Positions 12,941-21,565 of a stretch of 32,000 nt of DNA are shown one piece after another; within the stretch, counting starts at the first letter, position 1; every line of letters begins with the position of its first letter. A program made the translations under genes and the position numbers. Source of the DNA: Acidothermus cellulolyticus 11B (GTDB lineage: Bacteria; Actinomycetota; Actinomycetes; Acidothermales; Acidothermaceae); assembly GCF_000015025.1 (NCBI RefSeq), contig NC_008578.1, forward strand, positions 450,001-482,000, given 5' to 3'. Under the pieces are notes generated by a model, which was not told where the DNA came from, made no database searches, and saw nothing but the letters and a program-made list of their open reading frames with translations.

Positions 12941-14697
12941 CCGCTGCTTCGAATTCGTCATCGCGTAACGCGCCGTTGCGCAGCGCCCGTTGGTTCGACG
13001 GCGACGACGACGTTGCCGTCGAACACCGCGCGGCGCTTCGCTCAGCGAACCCTGAGTTCCGTCCCGGCGGATCGCAGCCAGTGATCGGGATCGCGGACAC
13101 GTCAAGTGAACTCAACCCGTGCAATTTGCCGCTGCGCGGACTCATCCCCGACGTGGCGCAAGGAATTCACGACGCCGGCGGGATTCCGGTCACCCTCCCC
13201 GCCATGTCGCTGGGTGAAGACCTGATGAAGCCGACCGCGATGCTCTATCGCAATCTGCTGAGCATCGAAATCGAAGAATATCTCCGCGCCTACCCACTCG
13301 ACGGGATCGTGCTCCTCGCCAACTGCGACAAGACCGTGCCCGGCTCTGTCATGGGTGCCGTGAGCGCCAATTTCCCAACAATGATGCTCATCGGCGGTCC
13401 TCGGCCCATCCAAACATTCCGCGGACGCCGGATCGGCAGTGGTACCGCGTTATGGCGCGCCTTCGACCAGCACCGTTCGGGCGAGCTGGACGATGCCGCA
13501 TGGGCGGAATTTGAGCAGTGCCTGAGCTGCGGCCAAGGCGCGTGCAACACCATGGGCACAGCCGCCTCCATGGCCGTCGTCGTGGAAACCCTCGGCTTCA
13601 CCCTGCCTGGTACGGCGACGATGCCCGCCGACGACCCGGCCCGCCGGGCCGTCGCGCACGAGACCGGTCGCCGCGCGGTCGCCGCCGTCCGGGAGAACGT
13701 CCGACCCCGCGACCTCATCACCGGAATCAGTCTTCGCAACGCAATCCGCGCCCTCAACGCCTGCGGCGGCTCAACCAACGCGATCCTTCACCTCATCGCG
13801 ATCGCCCGGCGCGCCGGCAACGCCCTGTCACCAGCGGACGTCGCCGCCGCCGGCCGTGGCGTTCCGGTGCTCCTCGATATCGAACCGCACGGTCAGGGTC
13901 TCGTGCCGGATTTTCACGCGGCCGGCGGCGTCCCGGCGATCCTTGCCACCCTCGGCGATTTCATCGACCGCTCTGCGCTCGCCGGAAATGGCGAACCGTG
14001 GTCGCGCGTCCTGCGGAATGCGCCGGTCGTCAACGAGACGACCGTCATCCGCCCGCTGGACGCGCCATTGCGATCCGACGGCGCTTTCGCCTTCCTGCAC
14101 GGCAACCTTGCACCGCGCGGCGCCGTACTGAAAACCGTCGCGGCGAGTGAGCGTCTTTTCCAGCACCGGGGTCCAGCCGTCGTTTTCCACGGCTACGACG
14201 ATCTGTGGTCGCGCATTGACGATCCAGATCTCGAGGTCACGCCGGAGAGTGTGCTCGTCCTCGCCGGATGTGGACCGATCGGCGGCCCCGGAATGCCTGA
14301 ATGGGGCATGATTCCCATCCCGAAGAAGCTGGCGAAAGCCGGCGTCCGTGACATGGTGCGCGTGAGCGACGCGCGCATGAGCGGTACGTCGTTCGGCACC
14401 TGTGTGCTCCACGTCGCACCTGAGGCCGCAATCGGCGGGCCGTTGGCGCTGGTCCGGGACGGTGACATCATCCACCTCGACGTCACCCGCGGCCGCCTCG
14501 ACGTGGAAATCAGCGAGGCGGAACTGCGGCGTCGCGCCGCCGAGTGGGTGACGCCGCCCAATCCCTACCGGCGGGGTTGGATCGCGCTGTACCGCGCCCA
14601 CGTCACCCAAGCCGACGAAGGCTGCGATCTCGATTTTCTCCAGCCCCGCACGCCGCAAGACATCGAATTCGTCGAACCCACCATCGGTCGTTCGTAA
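12937..14697 (+). CDS. IlvD/Edd-family sugar-acid dehydratase (aldonate dehydratase-like)
   Basis: Motifs are LANCDKTVPG, GACNTMGTAASM, GGSTNAILHLIA, a DARMSGTS loop and LRSARWF near the N-terminus. The start is ATG 12937, translationally coupled to the preceding gene. Confidence 0.85.
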   Translation: MTAASNSSSRNAPLRSARWFDGDDDVAVEHRAALRSANPEFRPGGSQPVIGIADTSSELNPCNLPLRGLIPDVAQGIHDAGGIPVTLPAMSLGEDLMKPTAMLYRNLLSIEIEEYLRAYPLDGIVLLANCDKTVPGSVMGAVSANFPTMMLIGGPRPIQTFRGRRIGSGTALWRAFDQHRSGELDDAAWAEFEQCLSCGQGACNTMGTAASMAVVVETLGFTLPGTATMPADDPARRAVAHETGRRAVAAVRENVRPRDLITGISLRNAIRALNACGGSTNAILHLIAIARRAGNALSPADVAAAGRGVPVLLDIEPHGQGLVPDFHAAGGVPAILATLGDFIDRSALAGNGEPWSRVLRNAPVVNETTVIRPLDAPLRSDGAFAFLHGNLAPRGAVLKTVAASERLFQHRGPAVVFHGYDDLWSRIDDPDLEVTPESVLVLAGCGPIGGPGMPEWGMIPIPKKLAKAGVRDMVRVSDARMSGTSFGTCVLHVAPEAAIGGPLALVRDGDIIHLDVTRGRLDVEISEAELRRRAAEWVTPPNPYRRGWIALYRAHVTQADEGCDLDFLQPRTPQDIEFVEPTIGRS

Positions 14698-14707
14698 ACA
14701 GGCACAC

Positions 14708-16066
14708 ATGAGGAGGTCCACCTTGCCCAGGAAATCCGTCGTTGCCGCGCTTGTCGTGACCGCGCTCGCTGTCGCGGCATGCTCCAGCGGCACAAAGAGC
14801 CAGACCAATACCAGCAACTCCGCGACCTCGAGCGGCGCCGGCGGCGCGTCATCGAACGCGAACACCGCACCGGTCACGCTGACGCTCTGGCACAACTACG
14901 GCACGGAACAGAACGCCACAGCCACGCAGAACCTCGTCAACGCCTACGAAAAGCTTCATCCCAACGTGACGATCAAAGTGGTGAGCCAACCGGCGGACAA
15001 CTACTTCTCCCTGCTGCAGGCTGCAGCGATCTCCAAGACCGGGCCTGACATCGCCGTCATGTGGACCGGCTTATTCACCCTGCAGTACAAGGATTTCCTC
15101 ACGCCGCTCAAGGGACTCGTCCCCGATGCGGCGCTCACCAAGCAGCAGGGTCTTGAATGGATGACGGACAATTTCAACCCGAACGGCAATCCCTACGTCA
15201 TGCCGCTCGAGACCCAGTTCTATATCGGTTTCTATAACAAGGCCGCATTCGCGAAAGCCGGCATCACCCAGGTTCCGCAGACCTGGAATGAGCTTTACGC
15301 GGCATGCGACAAGCTCAAGGCGGCCGGTTACACGCCGCTGGTGTACGGGAACGGCGGGCAGAGTCTCGGTGCGGAGTTCTACCCGTGGTACGATGCGAGC
15401 TACATCGAGATCGGCCTTCTCCCCGTCGATCAGTGGCGCAACCTCTACGACGGGAAAACGCCGTGGAATTCTCCGGAAGAAATCGCCGCCTTCAGCAAGT
15501 GGGCTGCGCTCCACGACAAGGGTTGCACCAATCCGGACGTGCTGACCAAGACGAACAACATCGATGATTTCGTCAACGGGAAGGCGGCGATGATTATCGA
15601 CGGCACCTGGGACACCCAGAAGTTCACCGACGCGATGAAGGACAACGTCGCCGCGTTCGTCCCGCCGTTCTCAGACACACCGATCAAGGGTGTCGTCAAC
15701 TACCCCGGGGACGGTTTCAGCATCATGAGCTACTCCAAGCACAAGGCGGAGGCGGCGGACTTCCTCGCCTTCATCGCGTCGCCGGAAGGGCAGGCGGCCA
15801 TCAACGCCGCCGGTCTGATCCCCGACACCGAGGGTGCGACCACCTCGAATCCGGTGAACCAGCAGATGCTGGACTTTGTCAGCAAGGACGGGATGACCCC
15901 GTACCCGATGCTCGACAATGTCGTCCAGGGTGAGATCGTCGATGCGGGCAACAAGATTCTGCCGTCCATTCTTGCCGGCAAGATTTCGCCGTCCGACGGT
16001 CTCGGCCAACTGCAATCGACGTGGGCGCACCTGAGCCCGGACAAGAGGTCCAACGTTTACCAGTGA
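14708..16066 (+). CDS. ABC transporter substrate-binding lipoprotein (carbohydrate, family 1)
   Basis: The lipobox is LAVAAC, with Cys25 at 14780-14782. It is followed by a Ser/Thr/Gly linker and then typical sugar-binding-protein sequence (LTLWHNYG, PLVYGNGG). Confidence 0.85.
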   Translation: MRRSTLPRKSVVAALVVTALAVAACSSGTKSQTNTSNSATSSGAGGASSNANTAPVTLTLWHNYGTEQNATATQNLVNAYEKLHPNVTIKVVSQPADNYFSLLQAAAISKTGPDIAVMWTGLFTLQYKDFLTPLKGLVPDAALTKQQGLEWMTDNFNPNGNPYVMPLETQFYIGFYNKAAFAKAGITQVPQTWNELYAACDKLKAAGYTPLVYGNGGQSLGAEFYPWYDASYIEIGLLPVDQWRNLYDGKTPWNSPEEIAAFSKWAALHDKGCTNPDVLTKTNNIDDFVNGKAAMIIDGTWDTQKFTDAMKDNVAAFVPPFSDTPIKGVVNYPGDGFSIMSYSKHKAEAADFLAFIASPEGQAAINAAGLIPDTEGATTSNPVNQQMLDFVSKDGMTPYPMLDNVVQGEIVDAGNKILPSILAGKISPSDGLGQLQSTWAHLSPDKRSNVYQ

Positions 16067-16072
16067 TCCGAA

Positions 16073-16108
16073 GAGGCTCGGTCGAGACAATTGTCTCGAC
16101 CGAGCCTC
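16073..16108. promoter_or_regulatory. Perfect 36-bp palindrome (18-bp arms) between the binding-protein and permease genes, either an intercistronic stem-loop or a protein site
   Basis: GAGGCTCGGTCGAGACAA / TTGTCTCGACCGAGCCTC starts 6 nt after the TGA at 16064-16066. No T-tract follows it. Confidence 0.7.
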
Positions 16109-16124
16109 CACCGGCAGACCGACC

Positions 16125-17078
16125 GTGAAGGGAACGATGGCGAGCTCAACCGTCACCCCAGGACGGCTCACCGCCCGTCCGCCTCATGCCACGCAGCGCC
16201 GCCGCACCGGCTCGACGCTCGGTCACCGGCGCGCCTGGGCTGGCGCTGCGATGTCTCTCCCCGCCTTCATTCTTGTCGCCGCCGTGCTGGGCATTCCGAT
16301 CGGTCAGGCGGTGTACTACTCGATGACCGACTGGAACGGGCTCACCGCCCATTGGATTGGTCCGGCGGCCTATCGCCGGGAATTCGCAGACCCGACATTC
16401 TGGCGTGTCCTGCAGAACAACGCTCTTCTGCTTCTGGCGGTGCCGGTAGCCCTGGCCGTCGGACTGGCCATTGCCTACGTACTCAATCAGCACATCCCGG
16501 GTTGGCGGATCTTCCGTACCCTGATTTTCTTTCCGACTGCGATCTCCTGGGTCGTCATCGGCATGGTGGCGTCCCGATTCTTCGCCGGCGAAGGCACTCT
16601 CAACGACATTTTGCGCAGCCTGGGCCTTGGCTTCCTGCACACCGACCTGCTCTCCGGGACCCGGACCGCGCTCCTCGCCGTCGCCATCACCTTCATCTGG
16701 TCGATGGTCGGCACGAATATGGTGATTTTCCTCGCCGGCATGGCAACTCTCGATCCTGCACTCCACGAGGCGGCCCGCCTCGACGGTGCCGGTGGTTGGA
16801 CGGTGTTCCGGCGGATCGTCCTGCCTCAACTCAAGCGGTTCATCCAATTCGCGTTCACCATTACCGTGATCAGCGCTTTCACCGCGCTTTTCAGCCTCAT
16901 CTTCGTGATGACCGGAGGTGGCCCGGGGTACGGTACGACAACGCTGGAATTCTTCGTCTACCAGACCGCCTTCTCCAAGAGCCAATTCGGTTTGGGTGCG
17001 ATGCTCGGTGTCGTGCTCTTCGTCATCATGGTCGTCGTCGGGCTCATCCAACTGCGTGTCCTGCGAACGCGGGACTAA
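16125..17078 (+). CDS. ABC sugar transporter permease (MalF/BPD_transp_1 type)
   Basis: It has six predicted TM segments and an EAA-like loop (LHEAARLDGAGGWTVFRRIVLPQLK). The start is GTG 16125 or ATG 16137. Confidence 0.85.
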   Translation: MKGTMASSTVTPGRLTARPPHATQRRRTGSTLGHRRAWAGAAMSLPAFILVAAVLGIPIGQAVYYSMTDWNGLTAHWIGPAAYRREFADPTFWRVLQNNALLLLAVPVALAVGLAIAYVLNQHIPGWRIFRTLIFFPTAISWVVIGMVASRFFAGEGTLNDILRSLGLGFLHTDLLSGTRTALLAVAITFIWSMVGTNMVIFLAGMATLDPALHEAARLDGAGGWTVFRRIVLPQLKRFIQFAFTITVISAFTALFSLIFVMTGGGPGYGTTTLEFFVYQTAFSKSQFGLGAMLGVVLFVIMVVVGLIQLRVLRTRD

Positions 17079-17102
17079 CCGGGCGGAAAGGACTCCCATC
17101 GT

Positions 17103-17981
17103 GTGCAGTGTTGCGAGGTGGTCGAGGTGAGCGTAGCGACGGCACCTGCCCCCGCCGGACATCGTCGTCGCCCTCGGCTCACGGTCGGACGGGTGATACT
17201 CGTCCTCCTCATGACCGCGGTCACCGTCGTCATGCTCTATCCGTTCGGCTTCATGGTGAACAACTCGTTCAAAACGCAGCAACAATTCGATGGCGCGGTC
17301 AGCGGCCACTCGCTCTCCTCGTGGATGCGCCTTCCGAAAGTCATTCCGGTCTGGCGGGAAATCATCAATTCCACCATCGTCTGTGCGGCCGCGATCGCCA
17401 TCATTCTTGCGGTCAGCACCATCGCCGGTTTCGCCTTCGCGAAGCTGCGCTACCGGGCGTCGGTGCTTGTCTTCATCGCCATCATCGCGGCCATGCTCAT
17501 TCCGGTTCAATCCATCATCATCCCGGCGTACGTCAATTTCTCCAAGGCACACCTGCTCACCGGGTACTGGGGTGCCGTGCTCGTGTACGCCGCGCTTGGC
17601 ACGCCGTTCGCCACGTTCCTCATGACCACCTTTTACCGTGGTCTGCCGGATGACCTGGTCGACGCGGCCATCGTCGATGGCTTGGGGTATTGGGGTGCGT
17701 TCGTGCGGGTCGCGCTGCCGATGGCGCTCCCGGCAATCGTTACGGTGACCGTCCTGCAGTTCATCCAAATCTGGGACGACCTGCTCGTCGGACTGCTGTT
17801 CTTACAAAACCCGAGTGACCGCACGATTACCGTCGGGCTCGGCGTTCTTGCCTCTGGTCGCACCACAGACATTCCGGTGCTGATGGCTGGTTCTCTCATG
17901 AGTGCCCTCCCTGCGATCCTTGTCTACGTCGTTTTCCAACGGCAACTCGTGAGCGGACTTACCGCCGGGATGGGCAAATAG
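17103..17981 (+). CDS. ABC sugar transporter permease (MalG type)
   Basis: The EAA loop is LVDAAIVDGLGYWGAFVRVALPMALP and the protein is polytopic and hydrophobic. Alternative GTG starts lie at 17118 and 17127. Confidence 0.85.
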   Translation: MQCCEVVEVSVATAPAPAGHRRRPRLTVGRVILVLLMTAVTVVMLYPFGFMVNNSFKTQQQFDGAVSGHSLSSWMRLPKVIPVWREIINSTIVCAAAIAIILAVSTIAGFAFAKLRYRASVLVFIAIIAAMLIPVQSIIIPAYVNFSKAHLLTGYWGAVLVYAALGTPFATFLMTTFYRGLPDDLVDAAIVDGLGYWGAFVRVALPMALPAIVTVTVLQFIQIWDDLLVGLLFLQNPSDRTITVGLGVLASGRTTDIPVLMAGSLMSALPAILVYVVFQRQLVSGLTAGMGK

Positions 17982-18006
17982 CGTCTACGATCCGACAGGA
18001 GTTGCG

Positions 18007-19380
18007 ATGAACCGCGTGGTCAGTCGATCCCCACAGCGGCCCGACGATGTGGTCGTCGACGTGGCGGTGACCGATCCGGCGGCCGTGCGCAACGCGGCCG
18101 ACACCGCCCGGCAGGCTGCGCGGGACTGGTCGGCCGCCACGGCGCTGGCTCGAGCCCGGGCGCTGCACCAGCTTGCCGATGCGATCGCCGCCGAGCGGGA
18201 GACGCTATCCGCACTCATCGTCCGCGAAGTCGGCAAACCGGTGAGCGAAGCCGGCGCCGAAGTGGACCGCGGGATTGCGCTCGTCCGCTACTACGCACAA
18301 CAAACCCTCGATCCGATAGGCGAAACATATCCAGCCCCGGATGGGACGTCACTGCTGTACACGTTTCGCCGACCGCACGGCGTCGTCGGCCTCATCACGC
18401 CGTGGAATTTCCCCATCGCCATTCCACTCTGGAAAATGGCCCCCGCCCTCGCGTACGGCAACACCGTGGTGTGGAAGCCTGCGCCGGAGGCGACCGGCGT
18501 GGCGCTCCGCCTCCACGAACTCTGCGCCGCTGCACTGCCGAGCGGGGTCGTGACTATCGTCCTCGGTGACGCCGAGACCGGCCGGGCCGTGGTGGACACC
18601 ACGGACGCGGTGTCTTTCACCGGATCCGCACGTGTCGGCGCGCTGGTGCGGATCGCGGCCGCGGAGCGTGGCATCCCCAGTCAATGCGAAATGGGTAGCG
18701 TCAACGCCTCGATCGTCTTCCCGGACTATCCCGTCGAGGACGCAGCGCGGGTCATCGCCTCGGCTGCCATGGGGTACGCGGGACAGAAGTGCACGGCTAC
18801 CAGCCGGGTCATCGTGGTCGGCGATCCCGAGCCTCTCGTCGATGCATTGGTCGCGGCGGTGGAGGCATTCCCGGTGGGCGACCCGGCCGATCCGACGACC
18901 GGCATGGGCCCGGTGATCAGCGCGGACTCCCTTGAGGCCGTTCTTACCGCGGCGGACGAAGCAAGAGCCTCGGGCGGGGCTCTGCTCACCGGCGGCCGGC
19001 GATGCCGCGACGACGGGTGGTACGCGGCTCCCACCCTGGTGCGCGGCCTAGCGCCCGGGCATCGCCTGGCGCAAGAGGAAATCTTCGGCCCGTTCTGCGT
19101 TCTCCTCACCGCACGCGACATCGACGAGGCTTTCGAGCTGGCCAACGCCGTCCGCTACGGACTCGTGGCAGCGGTCTTCACCCACGACACTCGGGTCGTC
19201 GCGGAGGCGGTCCGCCGGTTGGACACCGGGCTGATCCGGATCAACGCGGCGACGACCGGCGTCGATTTCTACGCTCCCTTCGGAGGTCAGAAGCTCTCTA
19301 GCAGCGGCCCGCGGGAACAAGGCAAAGCGGCCCGCGACTTCTTCACCACCGTGCATACGGTGACCATCACACCGGCGTAG
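18007..19380 (+). CDS. NAD(P)-dependent aldehyde dehydrogenase (2,5-dioxovalerate/alpha-ketoglutarate-semialdehyde dehydrogenase-like)
   Basis: AGGAG lies upstream of the ATG. ALDH motifs are ITPWNFP, FTGSARVG, the catalytic Glu in EMGSVNA, the catalytic Cys in GQKCTATSR, and EEIFGP. Confidence 0.85.
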   Translation: MNRVVSRSPQRPDDVVVDVAVTDPAAVRNAADTARQAARDWSAATALARARALHQLADAIAAERETLSALIVREVGKPVSEAGAEVDRGIALVRYYAQQTLDPIGETYPAPDGTSLLYTFRRPHGVVGLITPWNFPIAIPLWKMAPALAYGNTVVWKPAPEATGVALRLHELCAAALPSGVVTIVLGDAETGRAVVDTTDAVSFTGSARVGALVRIAAAERGIPSQCEMGSVNASIVFPDYPVEDAARVIASAAMGYAGQKCTATSRVIVVGDPEPLVDALVAAVEAFPVGDPADPTTGMGPVISADSLEAVLTAADEARASGGALLTGGRRCRDDGWYAAPTLVRGLAPGHRLAQEEIFGPFCVLLTARDIDEAFELANAVRYGLVAAVFTHDTRVVAEAVRRLDTGLIRINAATTGVDFYAPFGGQKLSSSGPREQGKAARDFFTTVHTVTITPA

Positions 19381-19584
19381 CCCGCTCAAGCCCAACCGCC
19401 ATGGGGCGTGGGGCGTCGACGGTCGCGCGGTCATGGTGTCGCTGCGTGCCGCGCGGCGACGATAGACTCACCGCGCAGGCAGCCGCCGCGCGGGCGGTTG
19501 GTGGTCCACGCCGCCGGTCGACTCGACGCGTGAGCTTCGCCGGTTGACGCTTCGGAGCTGCGCAGCCGGCGGGGAAGGGAGATT

Positions 19585-20481
19585 GTGGAGCAGCACAACC
19601 TCGACGTCTCGATCGTCCTGCCCTGTTACAACGAGGAAGACCACGTCGCGCTGGAGATCGAGCGGATCATCGCGGCGATGGACGCCAGCGGATACCGCTA
19701 CGAACTCATCGCCATCGACGACAAATCCACCGACAACACTCTCGCCCGGCTTCGGGAGGCTGAGCGGAAATACCCGCAGGTGCGGGTCGTCGCGTTTCGC
19801 CGCAACGGCGGCTCCGGCACGGCCCGGCGGATCGGTACAGGTGAAGCGCGGGGCCGGATCGTCGTCTGGACGGACGCCGACCTCACCTACCCGAACGAAC
19901 AAATCCCCGACCTCGTCGCCTACCTCGACGAGCATCCGGACGTCGACCAAGTCGTCGGGGCGCGCACCAGCGAACAAGGCCGGCACAAACTGCTGCGGGT
20001 GCCGGCGAAATGGTTCATCCGCAAACTTGCCGAATGGCTCGCCGGCACGAAAATCCCCGACCTGAATTCCGGCCTGCGGGCGTTCCGCCGCCAGGTCGCG
20101 CTGCCCTACCTGCGCCTCCTGCCGCCCGGATTCTCCTGCGTCACCACCTTGACCTTGGCGTTTCTCTCCAACCAGCACGCCATCGACTACATCCCGATTT
20201 CCTACGCCCGGCGCTCGGGGAAATCCAAATTCCATCCCCTGCGCGACGCCTACCGTTACCTGCTGCAGGTGCTTCGCATGGTGATGTACTTCAATCCGCT
20301 GAAAGTGCTGATGCCGCCGGCGCTCTGGCTCATGGGAATCGGCGTCGCGAAGGGAATCGCCGACGTCGTCCGCTACCGCTTCCACCTCTCCACCAACACC
20401 GTGCTGCTCTTCGTCACCGGCTTGATCATCGCAGCGGTGGCGCTCCTCGCCGACCTTTTCGTCCGATCCCGGGCCGACTAG
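19585..20481 (+). CDS. GT2 polyprenyl-phosphate glycosyltransferase (GtrB/DPM1-like) with two C-terminal TM helices
   Basis: The GTG start is preceded by GGGAAGGGAG. Motifs are VSIVLPCYNEE, AIDDKSTDNT and WTDADLTY (DxD). The C-terminal hydrophobic helices are LMPPALWLMGIGV and LLFVTGLIIAAVALLADLF. Confidence 0.8.
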   Translation: MEQHNLDVSIVLPCYNEEDHVALEIERIIAAMDASGYRYELIAIDDKSTDNTLARLREAERKYPQVRVVAFRRNGGSGTARRIGTGEARGRIVVWTDADLTYPNEQIPDLVAYLDEHPDVDQVVGARTSEQGRHKLLRVPAKWFIRKLAEWLAGTKIPDLNSGLRAFRRQVALPYLRLLPPGFSCVTTLTLAFLSNQHAIDYIPISYARRSGKSKFHPLRDAYRYLLQVLRMVMYFNPLKVLMPPALWLMGIGVAKGIADVVRYRFHLSTNTVLLFVTGLIIAAVALLADLFVRSRAD

Positions 20482-20488
20482 CCGGCGC

Positions 20489-21472
20489 ATGCGCCACCCC
20501 CTCACCCCCCGGACCCGCACCCTCCTGCGGGTGGTCCTGCTCGGCGTCATCGTCGCCGCCTTCGCGGTCGCCGTCCGCGACCGCTGGGGCGCCGTCCGCG
20601 ACAGCCTCACCGACCTGCCGGTCTGGAGCCTCGCTGCGGCGACCGCCCTCGGGTTCGCCAACATCGGCGCTGCGATGTTCTCGTGGCGCACCCTGCTTGC
20701 CGATCTCGGGTCCCCGCTCCGACTCCGGGACGCCGCCCGCATCTTCTACCTCGGCCAGCTCGGCAAATATCTCCCCGGCTCGGTCTGGACCGTCGTCGCC
20801 CAGGTGGAACTCGGCCGCGACCACGGGGTCCCGCCCCGCCGATCCGTCGCGGCCAGCGCCGTCTCACTCGGCATCTCGCTCGCCGCCGGGCTGCTGCTCG
20901 CGGCCGTCACCCTGCCCTACTCCGCCCGGGCGGCGCTCGAACACTACTGGTGGGCGCTGCTCGCCCTCCCCGTGATCGCCGTCGCGCTGCTGCCCCGCAA
21001 CGTCTACCGGCTCACCCACCTCATCCTCCGGCTGCTCCGCCGCGAACCCCCGGACCACGAGTTCTCCTGGCGCGGCGTGCTCCGCTCCTTCGGCTGGCAG
21101 CTCACCGGATGGCTGGGACTCGGCACCCAGGCCCTCGTCCTCGCCGTCGCCCTGCACGCGGACGCCGGACACGCCGCGCCGGTCGCCCTCGGCGGCGCGG
21201 CGCTTGCCTGGTGCGCCGGCTTCCTCGCCGTACCGGTGCCGGCCGGTGCCGGGGTGCGGGAAGCGGTCTACCTCGCGGTCCTCGCCCCGGTGCTCCCCGC
21301 CGGCCCTGCGCTCGCCATCGCCCTGGTCTCCCGGGCCATCGCGACGCTCGGCGACGGCATCTTCGCGGCCGGGGCGCTCCTCGCCGCCCGCAGCGGACGC
21401 GCCGCCGTTCAGCCGGGTGCGGCTTTTCACAGCCCGCTCGCAGGGAAGTCCCAGCGAACGGGCGGAGAATAG
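20489..21472 (+). CDS. Flippase-like polytopic membrane protein (LPG_synthase_TM / UPF0104-like)
   Basis: It has about eight hydrophobic segments and an FYLGQLGKYLPGSVW motif resembling the UPF0104 family. It starts 7 nt after the GT2 stop. Confidence 0.6.
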   Translation: MRHPLTPRTRTLLRVVLLGVIVAAFAVAVRDRWGAVRDSLTDLPVWSLAAATALGFANIGAAMFSWRTLLADLGSPLRLRDAARIFYLGQLGKYLPGSVWTVVAQVELGRDHGVPPRRSVAASAVSLGISLAAGLLLAAVTLPYSARAALEHYWWALLALPVIAVALLPRNVYRLTHLILRLLRREPPDHEFSWRGVLRSFGWQLTGWLGLGTQALVLAVALHADAGHAAPVALGGAALAWCAGFLAVPVPAGAGVREAVYLAVLAPVLPAGPALAIALVSRAIATLGDGIFAAGALLAARSGRAAVQPGAAFHSPLAGKSQRTGGE

Positions 21473-21565
21473 CCGGTAGTGGGTTGGTGAACCCGGAGCG
21501 CCGGGAAGGCTGTCGGCATGAGCGTCGAAGCCGGCGGGCGCGGCCGAGGACGAGTGAGGTGATCC

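Noticed and set aside
16091-17768. A 520-aa plus-strand and a 540-aa minus-strand ORF covering the two permease genes
   Set aside because: These are alternative frames of clearly hydrophobic ABC permease genes. Their translations are Arg/His/Asp/Gly-rich with no membrane or enzyme signatures.
8676-19584. The catabolic block as a mobile genomic island
   Set aside because: I found no integrase, transposase, flanking tRNA or terminal direct or inverted repeats. By eye its codon usage looks like the rest of the window. It is treated as an ordinary chromosomal operon cluster.
19381-19584. A terminator or structured RNA after the aldehyde dehydrogenase gene
   Set aside because: I found only short GC palindromes (GCCGCGCGGC, and a 9-bp stem with one mismatch at 19438-19460) with no T-tract. 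In DNA this GC-rich, that is too weak to call.
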